64,000 nucleotides of DNA, from NCBI RefSeq assembly GCF_965202595.1, contig NZ_OZ241836.1, positions 1,360,349 to 1,424,348 on the forward strand, in the 5' to 3' direction. Origin of the DNA: Candidatus Poriferisocius sp. (GTDB lineage: Bacteria; Actinomycetota; Acidimicrobiia; Acidimicrobiales; Bin134). The position numbers were made by a program, and so were the translations under genes. A model generated the notes under the pieces. The model was not told the origin of the DNA and did not search any database. It saw only the letters and a list, made by a program, of their open reading frames with translations. Shown here piece after piece: positions 21,247-30,613 of the stretch; positions within the stretch are counted from its first letter, which is position 1; every line of letters begins with the position of its first letter.

Positions 21247-22503
21247 CTATAGCCCCCTCAATGCTTGGATTGGCTGAATTCTCGCGGCTTTCAACGAAGG
21301 GTATATGCCCGCAGCAAGTCCAATAATGACCCCAGACATTGGCGCAAGAATGGGCAACCAAGTTTGAAGTACAGCATCCCAGCCTCTTATTGCAGAAACT
21401 ACTGATATTATAATGAGACCAAAAGAAGTTCCCATCAAACCTCCGTGAGCACCCAATACCATAGACTCAATAAGAAATTGATGAGCTATCTGTATCCTTG
21501 TAGCGCCAACAGCCCGGCGAAGCCCAATTTCTGCGCGACGCTCCAATACAGAGGCTAGTGTCACATCAGCTATACCAATTCCCCCAATTATTAAAGTAAT
21601 GATACCCAGCAAAATAAACAGCATATTGATATCACTCCTGACCTTATCTTTCAGACCAGTAAGGTCTGAAGAAACTGTTATACTAACTAGATTAGGGTCA
21701 TTAGGGCTAAGAGCAACAGGAGCTTGCTGAGCAAGTAGGTTGGCAGCACCTATTTCCGTACGGATGTACACAAGACTAGGTGCTTCTATACCATATACTT
21801 GTCTAGCAGTTCCGTTTGGTATGATGATCTGTGACAATAACTCAACATGACGTTCCACACCAAAGTCAGCAATCACTCCTATTACAGCAAAACGTTCTTC
21901 GCCCACAAATATAACAGGCTGATTATCAACCCTTCCTATATTCAATCGTTGCGCAGCCACTGGTCCAAGAATAGCAACTTTATCACCCATCTTATCGTGA
22001 CCTACATCGAAAAAACGGCCAAACTTCAAACTAGTATTTACAGCGTCAAAAAGGCCAGGTGAAGCTGCAACTACTTCAATTGAAAACTCCGTAGCAGCGG
22101 CAGGGTCTGTGACAGGAACACTAGTAGTTACTGCTCCACCGATATTTATCAGAGTAAGTGTACCCACCGCTTCTACACCATTCAACCGAGAAATTCTTGA
22201 TTCAGAATCCCATGGCAAAAAGTAATTATGCTGGTTACTCACCAAAACATTATTGTCTGCAACTTCAGCAGTAACTTCTGTAGCAGATAGCTTATCGAAA
22301 TGCCCTACTATCTGACTACCGGCGGTTTCTGTAAGCCCCACGGTTGCCACCAGCATGCAAACTCCCATCACCGTACCGAGAATTGTCAATACTGCCCTAG
22401 AAGGCCAGTTAACCAAACCAGATGTAGCTTCAATAAGCAGATCAATAATAGAAATTCTAGGCTTACTTAAAGCTATTTTAGGTTTATTCATGGGGTCAAT
22501 CAA
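21247..22503 (-). CDS. ABC transporter permease, MacB/FtsX family
   Basis: 418-aa ORF with an N-terminal TM, a large periplasmic domain and a C-terminal FtsX-type 3-TM bundle. TTG start overlaps the stop of the upstream ATPase by 4 nt. Confidence 0.85.
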   Translation of the reverse strand: MIDPMNKPKIALSKPRISIIDLLIEATSGLVNWPSRAVLTILGTVMGVCMLVATVGLTETAGSQIVGHFDKLSATEVTAEVADNNVLVSNQHNYFLPWDSESRISRLNGVEAVGTLTLINIGGAVTTSVPVTDPAAATEFSIEVVAASPGLFDAVNTSLKFGRFFDVGHDKMGDKVAILGPVAAQRLNIGRVDNQPVIFVGEERFAVIGVIADFGVERHVELLSQIIIPNGTARQVYGIEAPSLVYIRTEIGAANLLAQQAPVALSPNDPNLVSITVSSDLTGLKDKVRSDINMLFILLGIITLIIGGIGIADVTLASVLERRAEIGLRRAVGATRIQIAHQFLIESMVLGAHGGLMGTSFGLIIISVVSAIRGWDAVLQTWLPILAPMSGVIIGLAAGIYPSLKAARIQPIQALRGL

Positions 22504-23180
22504 TTATAATCTTGGACTATACCATCATTCACCTGGAGAATTCTATCAGCCCGTTTAGCTATATCGAGATCGTGGGTGACAAGCAAGATAGTGAGTCCTC
22601 TATCACGAAGATTCTCAAAAATATCTAGGACATCTTTACCGGTACTTTGATCCAAGTTCCCGGTTGGCTCATCTGCTAATAACAAACTAGGGTTACCCAC
22701 AATAGCTCGAGCAATAGCTACGCGTTGTTGCTCACCTCCTGACAAAGTATTTGGTCTAACTTTAGCATGTTTCTCTAGTCCAACTTCTTTCAAAGCTATT
22801 TTCGCTGCTTGTACCCGAGAGGCACGGCTCTGCTTCCTATACAATAATGGTAAAATAACATTATCAAGAACTGTGCGGTGCTCAAGTAAATAAAAATGCT
22901 GAAATATAAATCCAATCTTTTGACTTCTCAAAGTAGTCAACTCAACATCATCAAGGTCATCAATATTTAAGCCATCTAAAAAATATGTGCCCTGTGAAGC
23001 GCTCTCTAGTAAACCGACTATATACAATAATGTGCTCTTTCCTGATCCTGATGGGCCTATAAGCGAAACATACTCCTTATGACAAATCGTGATATCCACA
23101 CCTCGCAAAACCTGAACAGGGGTGTCACCGGAAAAAGTACGCTGTAAATTGCGAATCTTAACAATTGGAGTATCTTCCAT
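22500..23180 (-). CDS. ABC transporter ATP-binding protein (MacB/LolD-like)
   Basis: Walker [10 protein letters not shown], signature [14 protein letters not shown], Walker [14 protein letters not shown] set the start at Met-15 (23180), 13 nt after the upstream stop. An alternative TTG start lies at 23222. Confidence 0.9.
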   Translation of the reverse strand: MEDTPIVKIRNLQRTFSGDTPVQVLRGVDITICHKEYVSLIGPSGSGKSTLLYIVGLLESASQGTYFLDGLNIDDLDDVELTTLRSQKIGFIFQHFYLLEHRTVLDNVILPLLYRKQSRASRVQAAKIALKEVGLEKHAKVRPNTLSGGEQQRVAIARAIVGNPSLLLADEPTGNLDQSTGKDVLDIFENLRDRGLTILLVTHDLDIAKRADRILQVNDGIVQDYN

Positions 23181-23193
23181 AACCTGCCTAGAG

Positions 23194-24528
23194 CTAATAA
23201 GTAGTGGGATCCAACATGCCAACTACTACCTGAGTCCCTTCCACGATAGAGACATCATCTAGAGGACGTATTTCAACCTCCCCAAAAGCACGCAGGCCTG
23301 TCTCAACCTTTACTGTAATGATTTCTCCTTCAGGACTTTCAATTTGAACTTGGGGTATATTATCTATACTGATTGATAGTGCAGAAAATGGAACTGTAAG
23401 AACTTTGCCATTTGTAGATGTTATAGGAATCACAACTCTCACATTACCAGACAGGGCTCCTGCATCTTCTCCCAGGATACTAATCTCCATATAATATCTA
23501 TTATCTGGTAGGTCATTTGTGCCTGGCACATCCTCAAGAAAAGTGATCTGACCTTCGTAGGTACTATTATCTGACTGATTGTCTAGCATAACACTCATGC
23601 CAGTTTCTATTAAAGATATGTCCGTACTGGAGATCGAAGACTCAACAATATGTTCAACTCCTGACAAAGCAACATATACTTCAGAGATAATATCCCCACG
23701 ATTTACAAATACTTGGGCTACTTGCCTCGGTAACTCTGATACAAATATAATTTCTTCTTTGGGCACTCTTGATCCATAAATACTCGTGTTCCTTGTCAAC
23801 ATCAATTCTGCTATTTCCAGGTTCCGCTCAAACTGAGCAATCCTAGATGAAACTCCTAATTCCTCCAGGTTTGATGTTGAAGAAGTAATACTTTTTGCTT
23901 GTCTTAGTTGCTCTCGGGCAGCATCTACCTGATTTTGGCTACGAACAATTTGCTCTCTATCCTCTAATGAAGGCTCATACATACTATATCCAGCATCGCT
24001 ATAAAATACCTCTACTGCTTCTTCCATAGATAAATCATAAACACCATCAATAGCTCCTACATCATAACCTATACGGGTTAAGGCCTCTTCTAATTGCCGG
24101 ATATCCTCTCCCTCCAAACCTAGATGAAAGTCTCGGAACATTGGTAGTTCACCTTGAAAAACGAATACAGGCCTAAATGTTACCTCAGCTACAACATTGC
24201 CTTCTACTACTCTTGACCCAACATTGAGTATATCTTTTGTAAGGATAGAGGCTCCTGCTCCTTGTACTAAGTTGATATTCTTTGCACCCTTTGTGCGGAC
24301 ATTCCCTCGCACAGCTACTCTTGATTCCAACTCTTGATATTTAACTGGTACGGTTATAATACTAGGTTGAAGGTCCCCTGAAGCAAAACTAGATTCATCT
24401 GATGAGCCTAATGTTCTGCCAGCTAGCCACCCACCAACGCCAGCTAAAACAGTAACCACAGTCACAATAGATATTACCTTATGTGGGCGCATAACCCTTC
24501 CAATGATCTTTTGACTTAATGCTCGCAA
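23194..24528 (-). CDS. HlyD-like periplasmic adaptor with peptidoglycan-binding domain
   Basis: 444-aa ORF with an N-terminal TM anchor, a PG_binding_1-like segment (LEEALTRIGYDVGAIDGVYDLSMEEAV), a coiled-coil region and a beta-barrel-like C-terminus. It lies upstream of the ABC pair. Confidence 0.72.
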   Translation of the reverse strand: MRALSQKIIGRVMRPHKVISIVTVVTVLAGVGGWLAGRTLGSSDESSFASGDLQPSIITVPVKYQELESRVAVRGNVRTKGAKNINLVQGAGASILTKDILNVGSRVVEGNVVAEVTFRPVFVFQGELPMFRDFHLGLEGEDIRQLEEALTRIGYDVGAIDGVYDLSMEEAVEVFYSDAGYSMYEPSLEDREQIVRSQNQVDAAREQLRQAKSITSSTSNLEELGVSSRIAQFERNLEIAELMLTRNTSIYGSRVPKEEIIFVSELPRQVAQVFVNRGDIISEVYVALSGVEHIVESSISSTDISLIETGMSVMLDNQSDNSTYEGQITFLEDVPGTNDLPDNRYYMEISILGEDAGALSGNVRVVIPITSTNGKVLTVPFSALSISIDNIPQVQIESPEGEIITVKVETGLRAFGEVEIRPLDDVSIVEGTQVVVGMLDPTTY

Positions 24529-24555
24529 CAGTAAGGAGAAAATTAAAGCAATTTA

Positions 24556-25410
24556 TCAATTTGATACTTGTTGATTAGCAATATCTTTGATGATTATATT
24601 GATATAACTTTGAAGAGAACTATCAATCAGTTCTTGCTGTAGTTGAACCTTAGTTACTTCAAGATTTGCAGAACATTCATCATTAGCTGTATTTATAGAT
24701 CGCTCAAACATGCGTGCGTTTGTGAGATCTGAAGCAGCATCTGCTGTAATTTCATCTTGAATCATTTGAGTGATGTCAGCAAATTTTTGTATGGAATAAC
24801 CATTGTCAGACATACAGTTGAGCCACTTTTCTTCTTCAAACAGGTAATCAGGGTGGGACTCAATTTGCTTATCAAAATCTAGTGAAGCATTTAGCACCTT
24901 TAAGCGAGCTTCTACAGCTCTTCGACCATATAGTTCAACCCACGCTGCATTATAACATCCAAATCTACTTTCATCACCGCTGGGCGAGTCCCCTTCAACC
25001 ATATCTTCTTTGCCCCACAATCTCTCATAATATGCAGTTTTTTCCTGCCTTGATAATCTACCATAAATCTCAGCATTAGGATCTTCATCATTTTCGGAGC
25101 TAGATAAACTATGCTCATAAGCATCAACAACTGGAGTATCCGATTTAGAATAATCATAAATATGAGCATCCTCCACCCAGGGTATATACTCAAATCCAGC
25201 TTTGTGCATACAATCTGCTACCCAATCTTGTACCTCACCTTCACGTATTACTAGGTACTGATTATCAGCATCTAGAAGACCTTCTAGAGTAGAATACTCA
25301 CGAAGAGATACACCATCATTGTCGCCTGAGGAACAGGATAACAGGCCGCAAAGACCAACAACGTATATTACTAGTAACATATTTTTCATGTTTGATAACA
25401 TAACTTCCAA
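24556..25410 (-). CDS. hypothetical lipoprotein
   Basis: 284-aa ORF with a signal peptide and lipobox (GLLSC). An internal CM..xG(F/Y) motif occurs twice (DCMHKAGFEY, NCMSDNGYSI). Confidence 0.6.
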   Translation of the reverse strand: MEVMLSNMKNMLLVIYVVGLCGLLSCSSGDNDGVSLREYSTLEGLLDADNQYLVIREGEVQDWVADCMHKAGFEYIPWVEDAHIYDYSKSDTPVVDAYEHSLSSSENDEDPNAEIYGRLSRQEKTAYYERLWGKEDMVEGDSPSGDESRFGCYNAAWVELYGRRAVEARLKVLNASLDFDKQIESHPDYLFEEEKWLNCMSDNGYSIQKFADITQMIQDEITADAASDLTNARMFERSINTANDECSANLEVTKVQLQQELIDSSLQSYINIIIKDIANQQVSN

Positions 25411-25428
25411 ATAAAATCTTGGTATAAA

Positions 25429-26043
25429 CTATTCATCAATAAAACCATGAAGCTCAAGAACTAGAGGTCTGCCTTCAGCTATATCAATTGCGGTGGACAA
25501 CACGTTCATCGGGTCTGGACTATAGTGTCCCCCCCTTGCTTCAAGAAGATCATTTGCCTTTTGAGCTATTGGTCCAAGTTCCGGAATTGTTTGAGCCATA
25601 GAAGTGTCACGTATGTCATCATTCCGAGGACATAATGTAGGATTTTCTTTCAACACTTCTATCATAACATCTTGCAAAGTACCTGATACAAGAGGAATCA
25701 CTTGACTACCTGTGTGAGTACTTATATCCTGCTCAACCATCTGGACAAGTTCTCCCGTAAAGATTATTTCTAACCCATCTGCATACCAAGTTGCTAAATC
25801 AACACAACCACTAGTTTTTGGTGGTTCAGTGTACCTTTTAATAGCTTGATTCACAGCAGCTACTATTTCTGGATCATTTGATACTTTCCCCCCGTGTTCT
25901 ATCTCAAACTCCCCACTTTTAAAGACTATTGATGAGGAGTTAGAGCCATCATCTCCACACCCAGCAAGTAATATAGCTATAATAAGGGAAATCAAAAATA
26001 AAAAAAAATTTCGCTTCAAAAAGTGTGTATTCCTTCTGGTCAC
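25429..26043 (-). CDS. hypothetical lipoprotein
   Basis: 204-aa ORF with a signal peptide and lipobox (ILLAGC). Confidence 0.6.
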   Translation of the reverse strand: MTRRNTHFLKRNFFLFLISLIIAILLAGCGDDGSNSSSIVFKSGEFEIEHGGKVSNDPEIVAAVNQAIKRYTEPPKTSGCVDLATWYADGLEIIFTGELVQMVEQDISTHTGSQVIPLVSGTLQDVMIEVLKENPTLCPRNDDIRDTSMAQTIPELGPIAQKANDLLEARGGHYSPDPMNVLSTAIDIAEGRPLVLELHGFIDE

Positions 26044-26080
26044 GGATCAACCTGTAACTACAGTACCAAAATGAAACCAG

Positions 26081-26572
26081 TTAGCATCTAAGGCCAGTTG
26101 TATGAGGGCTAGAACTCCTAATCCACTTTGTTGCTAGCCCATCTATTGTAATTGAGCCTCCCAGGCTTCCTATACCTAAGGAAATAGAAGTAGTAGATTG
26201 ATTTACTAGTTTTAGATCCAACCGACCTCGGTATGTACCCGGTGACTTATTACAAGTTGCATATGCTCCTGTATAGGAAATTTGGTTAAAAGGAACTATT
26301 ATCTCAGAGTTGCCAGATGTGTGCCATCCCCAAAAGCTATATTGAATTTTATATCTAGCTTCGCAGTACACTACACCGCAACTACCACTTAGCAAGATCC
26401 AACTGCGCGGATGGCCGTTGTCATTGTACGGAGGGGCCATCCCATCGTTTGTGATTTGCGCACTGGCCGACTGTTGAAAGGTCACTAGCGTGGCCAGAAG
26501 CACGATTACACTCAAAAAAGCCAAAAGGGGCCTGGAGGCTAGCCCTCTCGTCCGGATCGGTAGTGCACTCAT
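26081..26572 (-). CDS. small secreted Cys-containing protein, function unknown
   Basis: 163-aa ORF with an AGGAG RBS and a signal peptide ending SASA-Q. The mature part is about 125 aa, beta-rich, with 4 Cys. Confidence 0.62.
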   Translation of the reverse strand: MSALPIRTRGLASRPLLAFLSVIVLLATLVTFQQSASAQITNDGMAPPYNDNGHPRSWILLSGSCGVVYCEARYKIQYSFWGWHTSGNSEIIVPFNQISYTGAYATCNKSPGTYRGRLDLKLVNQSTTSISLGIGSLGGSITIDGLATKWIRSSSPHTTGLRC

Positions 26573-26662
26573 TTCTCTCCTACCTCTTCAATAGTGCCTG
26601 GATAGGCCTCAAGCTTGGTCTTTCCTCACTTGCTAATGCAGCTCTTACCAAAGCTCGCTCCC

Positions 26663-26771
26663 CTTGTCAAGTCTTTCCAATTTTTTGAGCCCTCGCCTCG
26701 GAGCATTGGGCCGAAAACCATCCCACCCAAATCCTCTTGTCAAGTCTTTCCAATTTTTTGAGCCCTCGCCT
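26663..26771. repeat. 36-nt direct repeat pair, 73-bp offset, of the comF 3' end including its stop
   Basis: cttgtcaagtctttccaattttttgagccctcgcct occurs at 26663-26698 and 26736-26771. The second copy carries the comF stop (26740-26742). Confidence 0.9.
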
Positions 26772-27375
26772 GCTGTGGAGCGCTCGCAAGCGGAGGAGCA
26801 GGCGTGGTTCCGGCCACCACCGCGAACACCTGTTGGGCACCGGCCCCGATCAAGGCTCGGGCGGCTGCTTGTAGGGTGGCTCCGGTGGTGATCACATCGT
26901 CCACGACCAGAATCGTACCAGGGGGGCGGCGGCGGGGATCGAAATTCGGGGAACCGTACCGCTGGCTGCGACTTCGTCCGGTCTGGCCCGCGGCATCCAT
27001 CCTCCGCAGCAGGGGAACCAGGGGCAGGCCGATCTCGCGGGCCAACCTCCGGGCAAGCAGTTCGGCCTGGTCAAAGCCCCTGTGCCGGCGGCGGTGAGGA
27101 GAAGTCGGAGCCCAGGTTACCGCGTCCACGGCCGCCCCAGCCGGCAACGCCTGGGCCATGGCCGACACCACCCACCTCACGCAGGACCGCTGGTTGCGGT
27201 ACTTGAGCTGGGCCAGCAACTCCCGCCCCGCCCCCTCGTAGGAGAAGGCCGCCCACAACCCGGACAGCGGTTCGAGCGCCACCATCTCCCCGATGGACCG
27301 CATCCCAGCCGCACACCGCCGGCACGGCGACGGCCCCGGCCCCCGGCAACCCGCACATGCTCTCGACAGCAGCAC
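26740..27375 (-). CDS. comF: ComF family phosphoribosyltransferase-like protein
   Basis: 211-aa ORF with an N-terminal Cys cluster (CAGCRG...CRRC) and the PRTase motif ILVVDDVITTGATL. Confidence 0.85.
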   Translation of the reverse strand: MLLSRACAGCRGPGPSPCRRCAAGMRSIGEMVALEPLSGLWAAFSYEGAGRELLAQLKYRNQRSCVRWVVSAMAQALPAGAAVDAVTWAPTSPHRRRHRGFDQAELLARRLAREIGLPLVPLLRRMDAAGQTGRSRSQRYGSPNFDPRRRPPGTILVVDDVITTGATLQAAARALIGAGAQQVFAVVAGTTPAPPLASAPQQARAQKIGKT

Positions 27376-27385
27376 GGGTACACCC

Positions 27386-27549
27386 TAGAAACGCCCGGTG
27401 ACAGCCAAGCAGAACAGCCGGACGAAAGGAGGACTCCAACCAGCATCTGGAAACGACCGGTGACAGCTATGGTGCTCGACAGCACCGGGGTTGCCAGCAA
27501 CGACCGCAACGAAGCATCTGGAAACGACCGGTGACAGCTATGGTGCTCC
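27386..27549. repeat. 36-nt direct repeat pair, 71-bp offset, plus a weaker third copy, between comF and ahcY
   Basis: agcatctggaaacgaccggtgacagctatggtgctc occurs at about 27442 and about 27513. There is a partial copy, gaaacgcccggtgacagcc, at about 27388. Confidence 0.82.
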
Positions 27550-27564
27550 AGCAAGCTCGAGCAA

Positions 27565-29037
27565 TCAGTACCGGTAGTGATCGGGTTTGTAGGGTCCGCC
27601 CGTCGGTACGCCCATGTAGTCGGCCTGCGCGGGGGTCAGCTCGGTGAGGCGCACCCCTAGGGCATCCAGGTGCAACCGGGCCACCATCTCGTCCAGTTCC
27701 TTGGGCAGTGTGGTCACCTCGGTGCCGTAAGCCTCGGCGTTGGCGTGCAACTCCATCTGGGCCAGCACCTGGTTGGTGAAGCTGCACGACATCACGAAAC
27801 TGGGATGACCGGTGGCGTTGCCCAGGTTCAGCAGGCGGCCCTCCGAGAGGATGATGACCGAGTGGCCGTCGGGAAAGACGTACTCGTCCACCTGGGGCTT
27901 GATGTTGATGCGCCGGACATCGGACAGCGCGTTGAGCCCGGCCATGTCGATCTCGTTGTCGAAATGGCCGATGTTGCCCACCACGGCCTGGTGCTTCATC
28001 CGTCCCAGGTGCTCGGCGCTGATCACGTCACGGCATCCGGTGGCGGTTATGAACAGGTCGGCGGTACCCAGCACGTCCTCCAGGCGCTTCACCTCGAAAC
28101 CCTCCATGGCCGCTTGCAGCGCGCAGATGGGGTCCACCTCCGTGATCACCACCCTTGCCCCCTGGCCTCGCAACGACTGGGCGCAGCCCTTGCCCACATC
28201 GCCATAACCGCACACCACGGCCAGCTTCCCGCCGATCATCATGTCGGTACCCCGGTTGATGCCGTCCACCAGCGAGTGCCGGCAACCGTAGAGATTGTCG
28301 AACTTCGACTTGGTCACCGAGTTGTTCACATCCACGGCCGGGAACCGCAGCGTACCTTCGGCCCTCATCCGGTAGAGCCGGTGGACTCCGGTTGTGGTCT
28401 CCTCCGACACGCCGCGTATGCCGGCAGCGATGGTGGTCCACAGCTCGAGGTCTTCGAGCAGCGTCCGCCCCAGCAGCCGGCGTATCTCGGCAAGATCCTC
28501 GGAGTCGGCCCCATCAGGGGGCCCAACCCGGCCCGCCGACTCGGCATCCGCACCCATGTGGACCAGCAGGGTGGCGTCGCCCCCGTCGTCCAGGATGAGG
28601 TTGGGACCTCCACCATCGGGCCAGCGCAACACCTGCTCGGTGCACCACCAGTACTCCTCTAGGGTCTCACCCTTCCAGGCATAGACGGGAACCCCCCGGG
28701 GCTCCTCCACCGTACCGGTGGGACCGACGGCCACCGCGGCTGCCGCGGCGTCCTGGGTCGAGAAGATGTTGCAGGATGCCCAGCGCACCCGGGCCCCCAG
28801 AGCGGTGAGGGTCTCGATGAGCACCGCTGTCTGCACGGTCATGTGCAGCGAGCCGGTGATGCGAGCCCCGGCCAGCGGCTGGTGGTCGAAGTGGCGGGCC
28901 CTCAGGGCCATGAGACCGGGCATCTCGTGCTCAGCCAGGCGGATCTCCTTGCGCCCGGCCTCGGCCAGGCCCAGATCGGCCACCTTGAAATCGTGTTCGG
29001 GGAAGTCCTGTTCGGGGAAATCGTGTTCGGGAACCAT
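27565..29037 (-). CDS. ahcY: adenosylhomocysteinase
   Basis: 490-aa ORF with hallmark blocks ([64 protein letters not shown]-type C-terminus). Confidence 0.96.
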   Translation of the reverse strand: MVPEHDFPEQDFPEHDFKVADLGLAEAGRKEIRLAEHEMPGLMALRARHFDHQPLAGARITGSLHMTVQTAVLIETLTALGARVRWASCNIFSTQDAAAAAVAVGPTGTVEEPRGVPVYAWKGETLEEYWWCTEQVLRWPDGGGPNLILDDGGDATLLVHMGADAESAGRVGPPDGADSEDLAEIRRLLGRTLLEDLELWTTIAAGIRGVSEETTTGVHRLYRMRAEGTLRFPAVDVNNSVTKSKFDNLYGCRHSLVDGINRGTDMMIGGKLAVVCGYGDVGKGCAQSLRGQGARVVITEVDPICALQAAMEGFEVKRLEDVLGTADLFITATGCRDVISAEHLGRMKHQAVVGNIGHFDNEIDMAGLNALSDVRRINIKPQVDEYVFPDGHSVIILSEGRLLNLGNATGHPSFVMSCSFTNQVLAQMELHANAEAYGTEVTTLPKELDEMVARLHLDALGVRLTELTPAQADYMGVPTGGPYKPDHYRY

Positions 29038-29112
29038 CGCGACTATGCCTTTCCATTTTGCATCTGTATGGGGTCCGACTGTCAGGTTTGCAGGTGCAGG
29101 TTTGCGGGCGGG

Positions 29113-30183
29113 TTATCGAGGGTCGCCGATCAGCGTCTCCCGAGCCGTGACGATGGCCGGCACCGGGCCGGGATCGAGGCCAACCACGGCGGCCATCTCC
29201 AACGCGGTGACCGACCCCTGGTACATGAGATCGAATATCTGGGCCACCGGACCCTCCCCGGCCGCCTCCACCAAGTGGACGGACCCCACCACCTCTTCCA
29301 TCATCTCCTCCACGATCCCAAAGCCCCGCATCACCTCGGGGTGCTCGTGCTCATGGCGCAAAACCACCAGGCTGAACGCCTGGCGGGTCAAGTCGCCGTG
29401 CTGGCCCCAACCGGCGATCTCGTTGTGCAAAAGGTCGGGCACCCCGGCGCTGAACGCCGGTGACTTGGCGCTGGTGTTGATCATGTTCTTCCAGTGCCGG
29501 GCGGCCACCAACCCCAACCCCCCGCCGCCGTAGATCAGCGACACTGTGCCGGCCAGGCCCCGGGCCAGGGCTAAAGCCGTACCCCCGACCGTGTCCCGCC
29601 GTCTCCGGATCTGCTCCACCGCATGGCGCACCCATTGGGTGGCACCGGGGAACAATCCCATGCGCTCGAGGACGATCATCGGGGCCACGGTGAACACCCC
29701 CAACCCGGCCCGGGGCGGGTACAGCATCGGGTCCACCTCGATCAGCGGGGCCCCCCAGTCGGTGGCCAACCGAGCCAGTTGGCCGCCTCCGGTCACCGCC
29801 ACCACCCGCCCGCCGGCCTCGGCCGCCTGGGTTGCGGCCTGGAGGATCTCGGGCGTGTCGCCGCTGGCCGAGAGGGCGAAAACCAGAGTCTGCTCGTCCA
29901 CATACGACGGTGGCTGGTAGCTCTTGACCACCACGATGGGCAGGGGCATGAACGGCCCCGCGGCCACCGCCAGCAGGTCGCCGGCAAACCCGCACGGGCC
30001 CATACCCAGCACCAGCACGTTGGCTATACCCGACCGGTCGGGCAACCGAGCCAAGTCCTTGGCCCGATCCACGGCATCCAGCATCTGCTCGGGCAGCCGG
30101 TTGATGGCAGGCCACATGCCCAGGGTGTCCACCCGCTCGTTCATGCTGATCCGTTCACGATAATCCGTCGCCGGAACCGGCAA
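29113..30183 (-). CDS. SIS-domain bifunctional phosphoglucose/phosphomannose isomerase-like protein
   Basis: 356-aa ORF with two SIS-like halves (VLGMGPCGFAGD, ALSASGDTPE), next to manA. TTG start at 30183; the ATG at 30144 is an equally plausible start. Confidence 0.72.
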   Translation of the reverse strand: MPVPATDYRERISMNERVDTLGMWPAINRLPEQMLDAVDRAKDLARLPDRSGIANVLVLGMGPCGFAGDLLAVAAGPFMPLPIVVVKSYQPPSYVDEQTLVFALSASGDTPEILQAATQAAEAGGRVVAVTGGGQLARLATDWGAPLIEVDPMLYPPRAGLGVFTVAPMIVLERMGLFPGATQWVRHAVEQIRRRRDTVGGTALALARGLAGTVSLIYGGGGLGLVAARHWKNMINTSAKSPAFSAGVPDLLHNEIAGWGQHGDLTRQAFSLVVLRHEHEHPEVMRGFGIVEEMMEEVVGSVHLVEAAGEGPVAQIFDLMYQGSVTALEMAAVVGLDPGPVPAIVTARETLIGDPR

Positions 30184-30270
30184 GAGCGCCCACGGGCCGA
30201 AGGCAGACCGTGGGGTTCAGATGCTGACCCAGGACTGGAGTCGCCGGAACCGGCAAGAGCGCCCACGGGC
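30167..30270. repeat. 31-nt direct repeat pair, 73-bp offset, at the SIS-gene 5' end
   Basis: gtcgccggaaccggcaagagcgcccacgggc occurs at 30167-30197 and 30240-30270. Confidence 0.9.
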
Positions 30271-30274
30271 TGGC

Positions 30275-30511
30275 TCACGGGCTAAAGGTGAAGGGGATCG
30301 ACTCGGTCTCGACCACGGCCATCAACCGCTTGTGCTCGTGCTCGTCCACGGTCTCAGCCTCGTCGATGAGCATGTTGGGGATGTCGTCGTCCACCGAGTA
30401 GCGGCGGCGCCGGCGGGGGTTGTACAGCGTGCTCTCGCCGGCAAGGTACAGCAGCGGCCCCTTGTCATCGGGACAAGCCAGTATCTCGAGCAAGCGGGGG
30501 TCCAGTGCCAT
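30275..30511 (-). CDS. Trm112 family protein
   Basis: 78 aa from Met-8, with LDPRLLEILACPDDKGPL ... DDDIPNMLIDEA, typical of Trm112/UPF0434. Confidence 0.75.
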   Translation of the reverse strand: MALDPRLLEILACPDDKGPLLYLAGESTLYNPRRRRRYSVDDDIPNMLIDEAETVDEHEHKRLMAVVETESIPFTFSP

Positions 30512-30561
30512 GTCCCCCAGTCTTACCCACACACTGCTCCCGCCCCCAGTGATTCATGGGC

Positions 30562-30597
30562 AAAATTATGGAGATCATGAAAATTATGGAGATCATG
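30562..30597. repeat. 18-bp tandem duplication (x2)
   Basis: aaaattatggagatcatg occurs twice between the manA stop and the Trm112 gene start. Confidence 0.75.
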
Positions 30598-30613
30598 AAG
30601 GTGGCCCCATCCA

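Larger units (their letters stand above)
21160..26640. other. low-GC genomic island 1 (about 38-40% GC against about 66% in the flanks), six-gene operon, no mobility genes
   Basis: Sampled 60-nt lines inside have 23-24 G+C, against 41 in the flanking secA line. A/T-rich third codon positions. The island sits between hpf and comF. Confidence 0.8.

Noticed and set aside
29038-29112. SAH riboswitch upstream of ahcY
   Set aside because: The 75-nt leader (minus strand) shows only a short gcaaacctg repeat. It has none of the conserved SAH-element helices or loop sequences I know.
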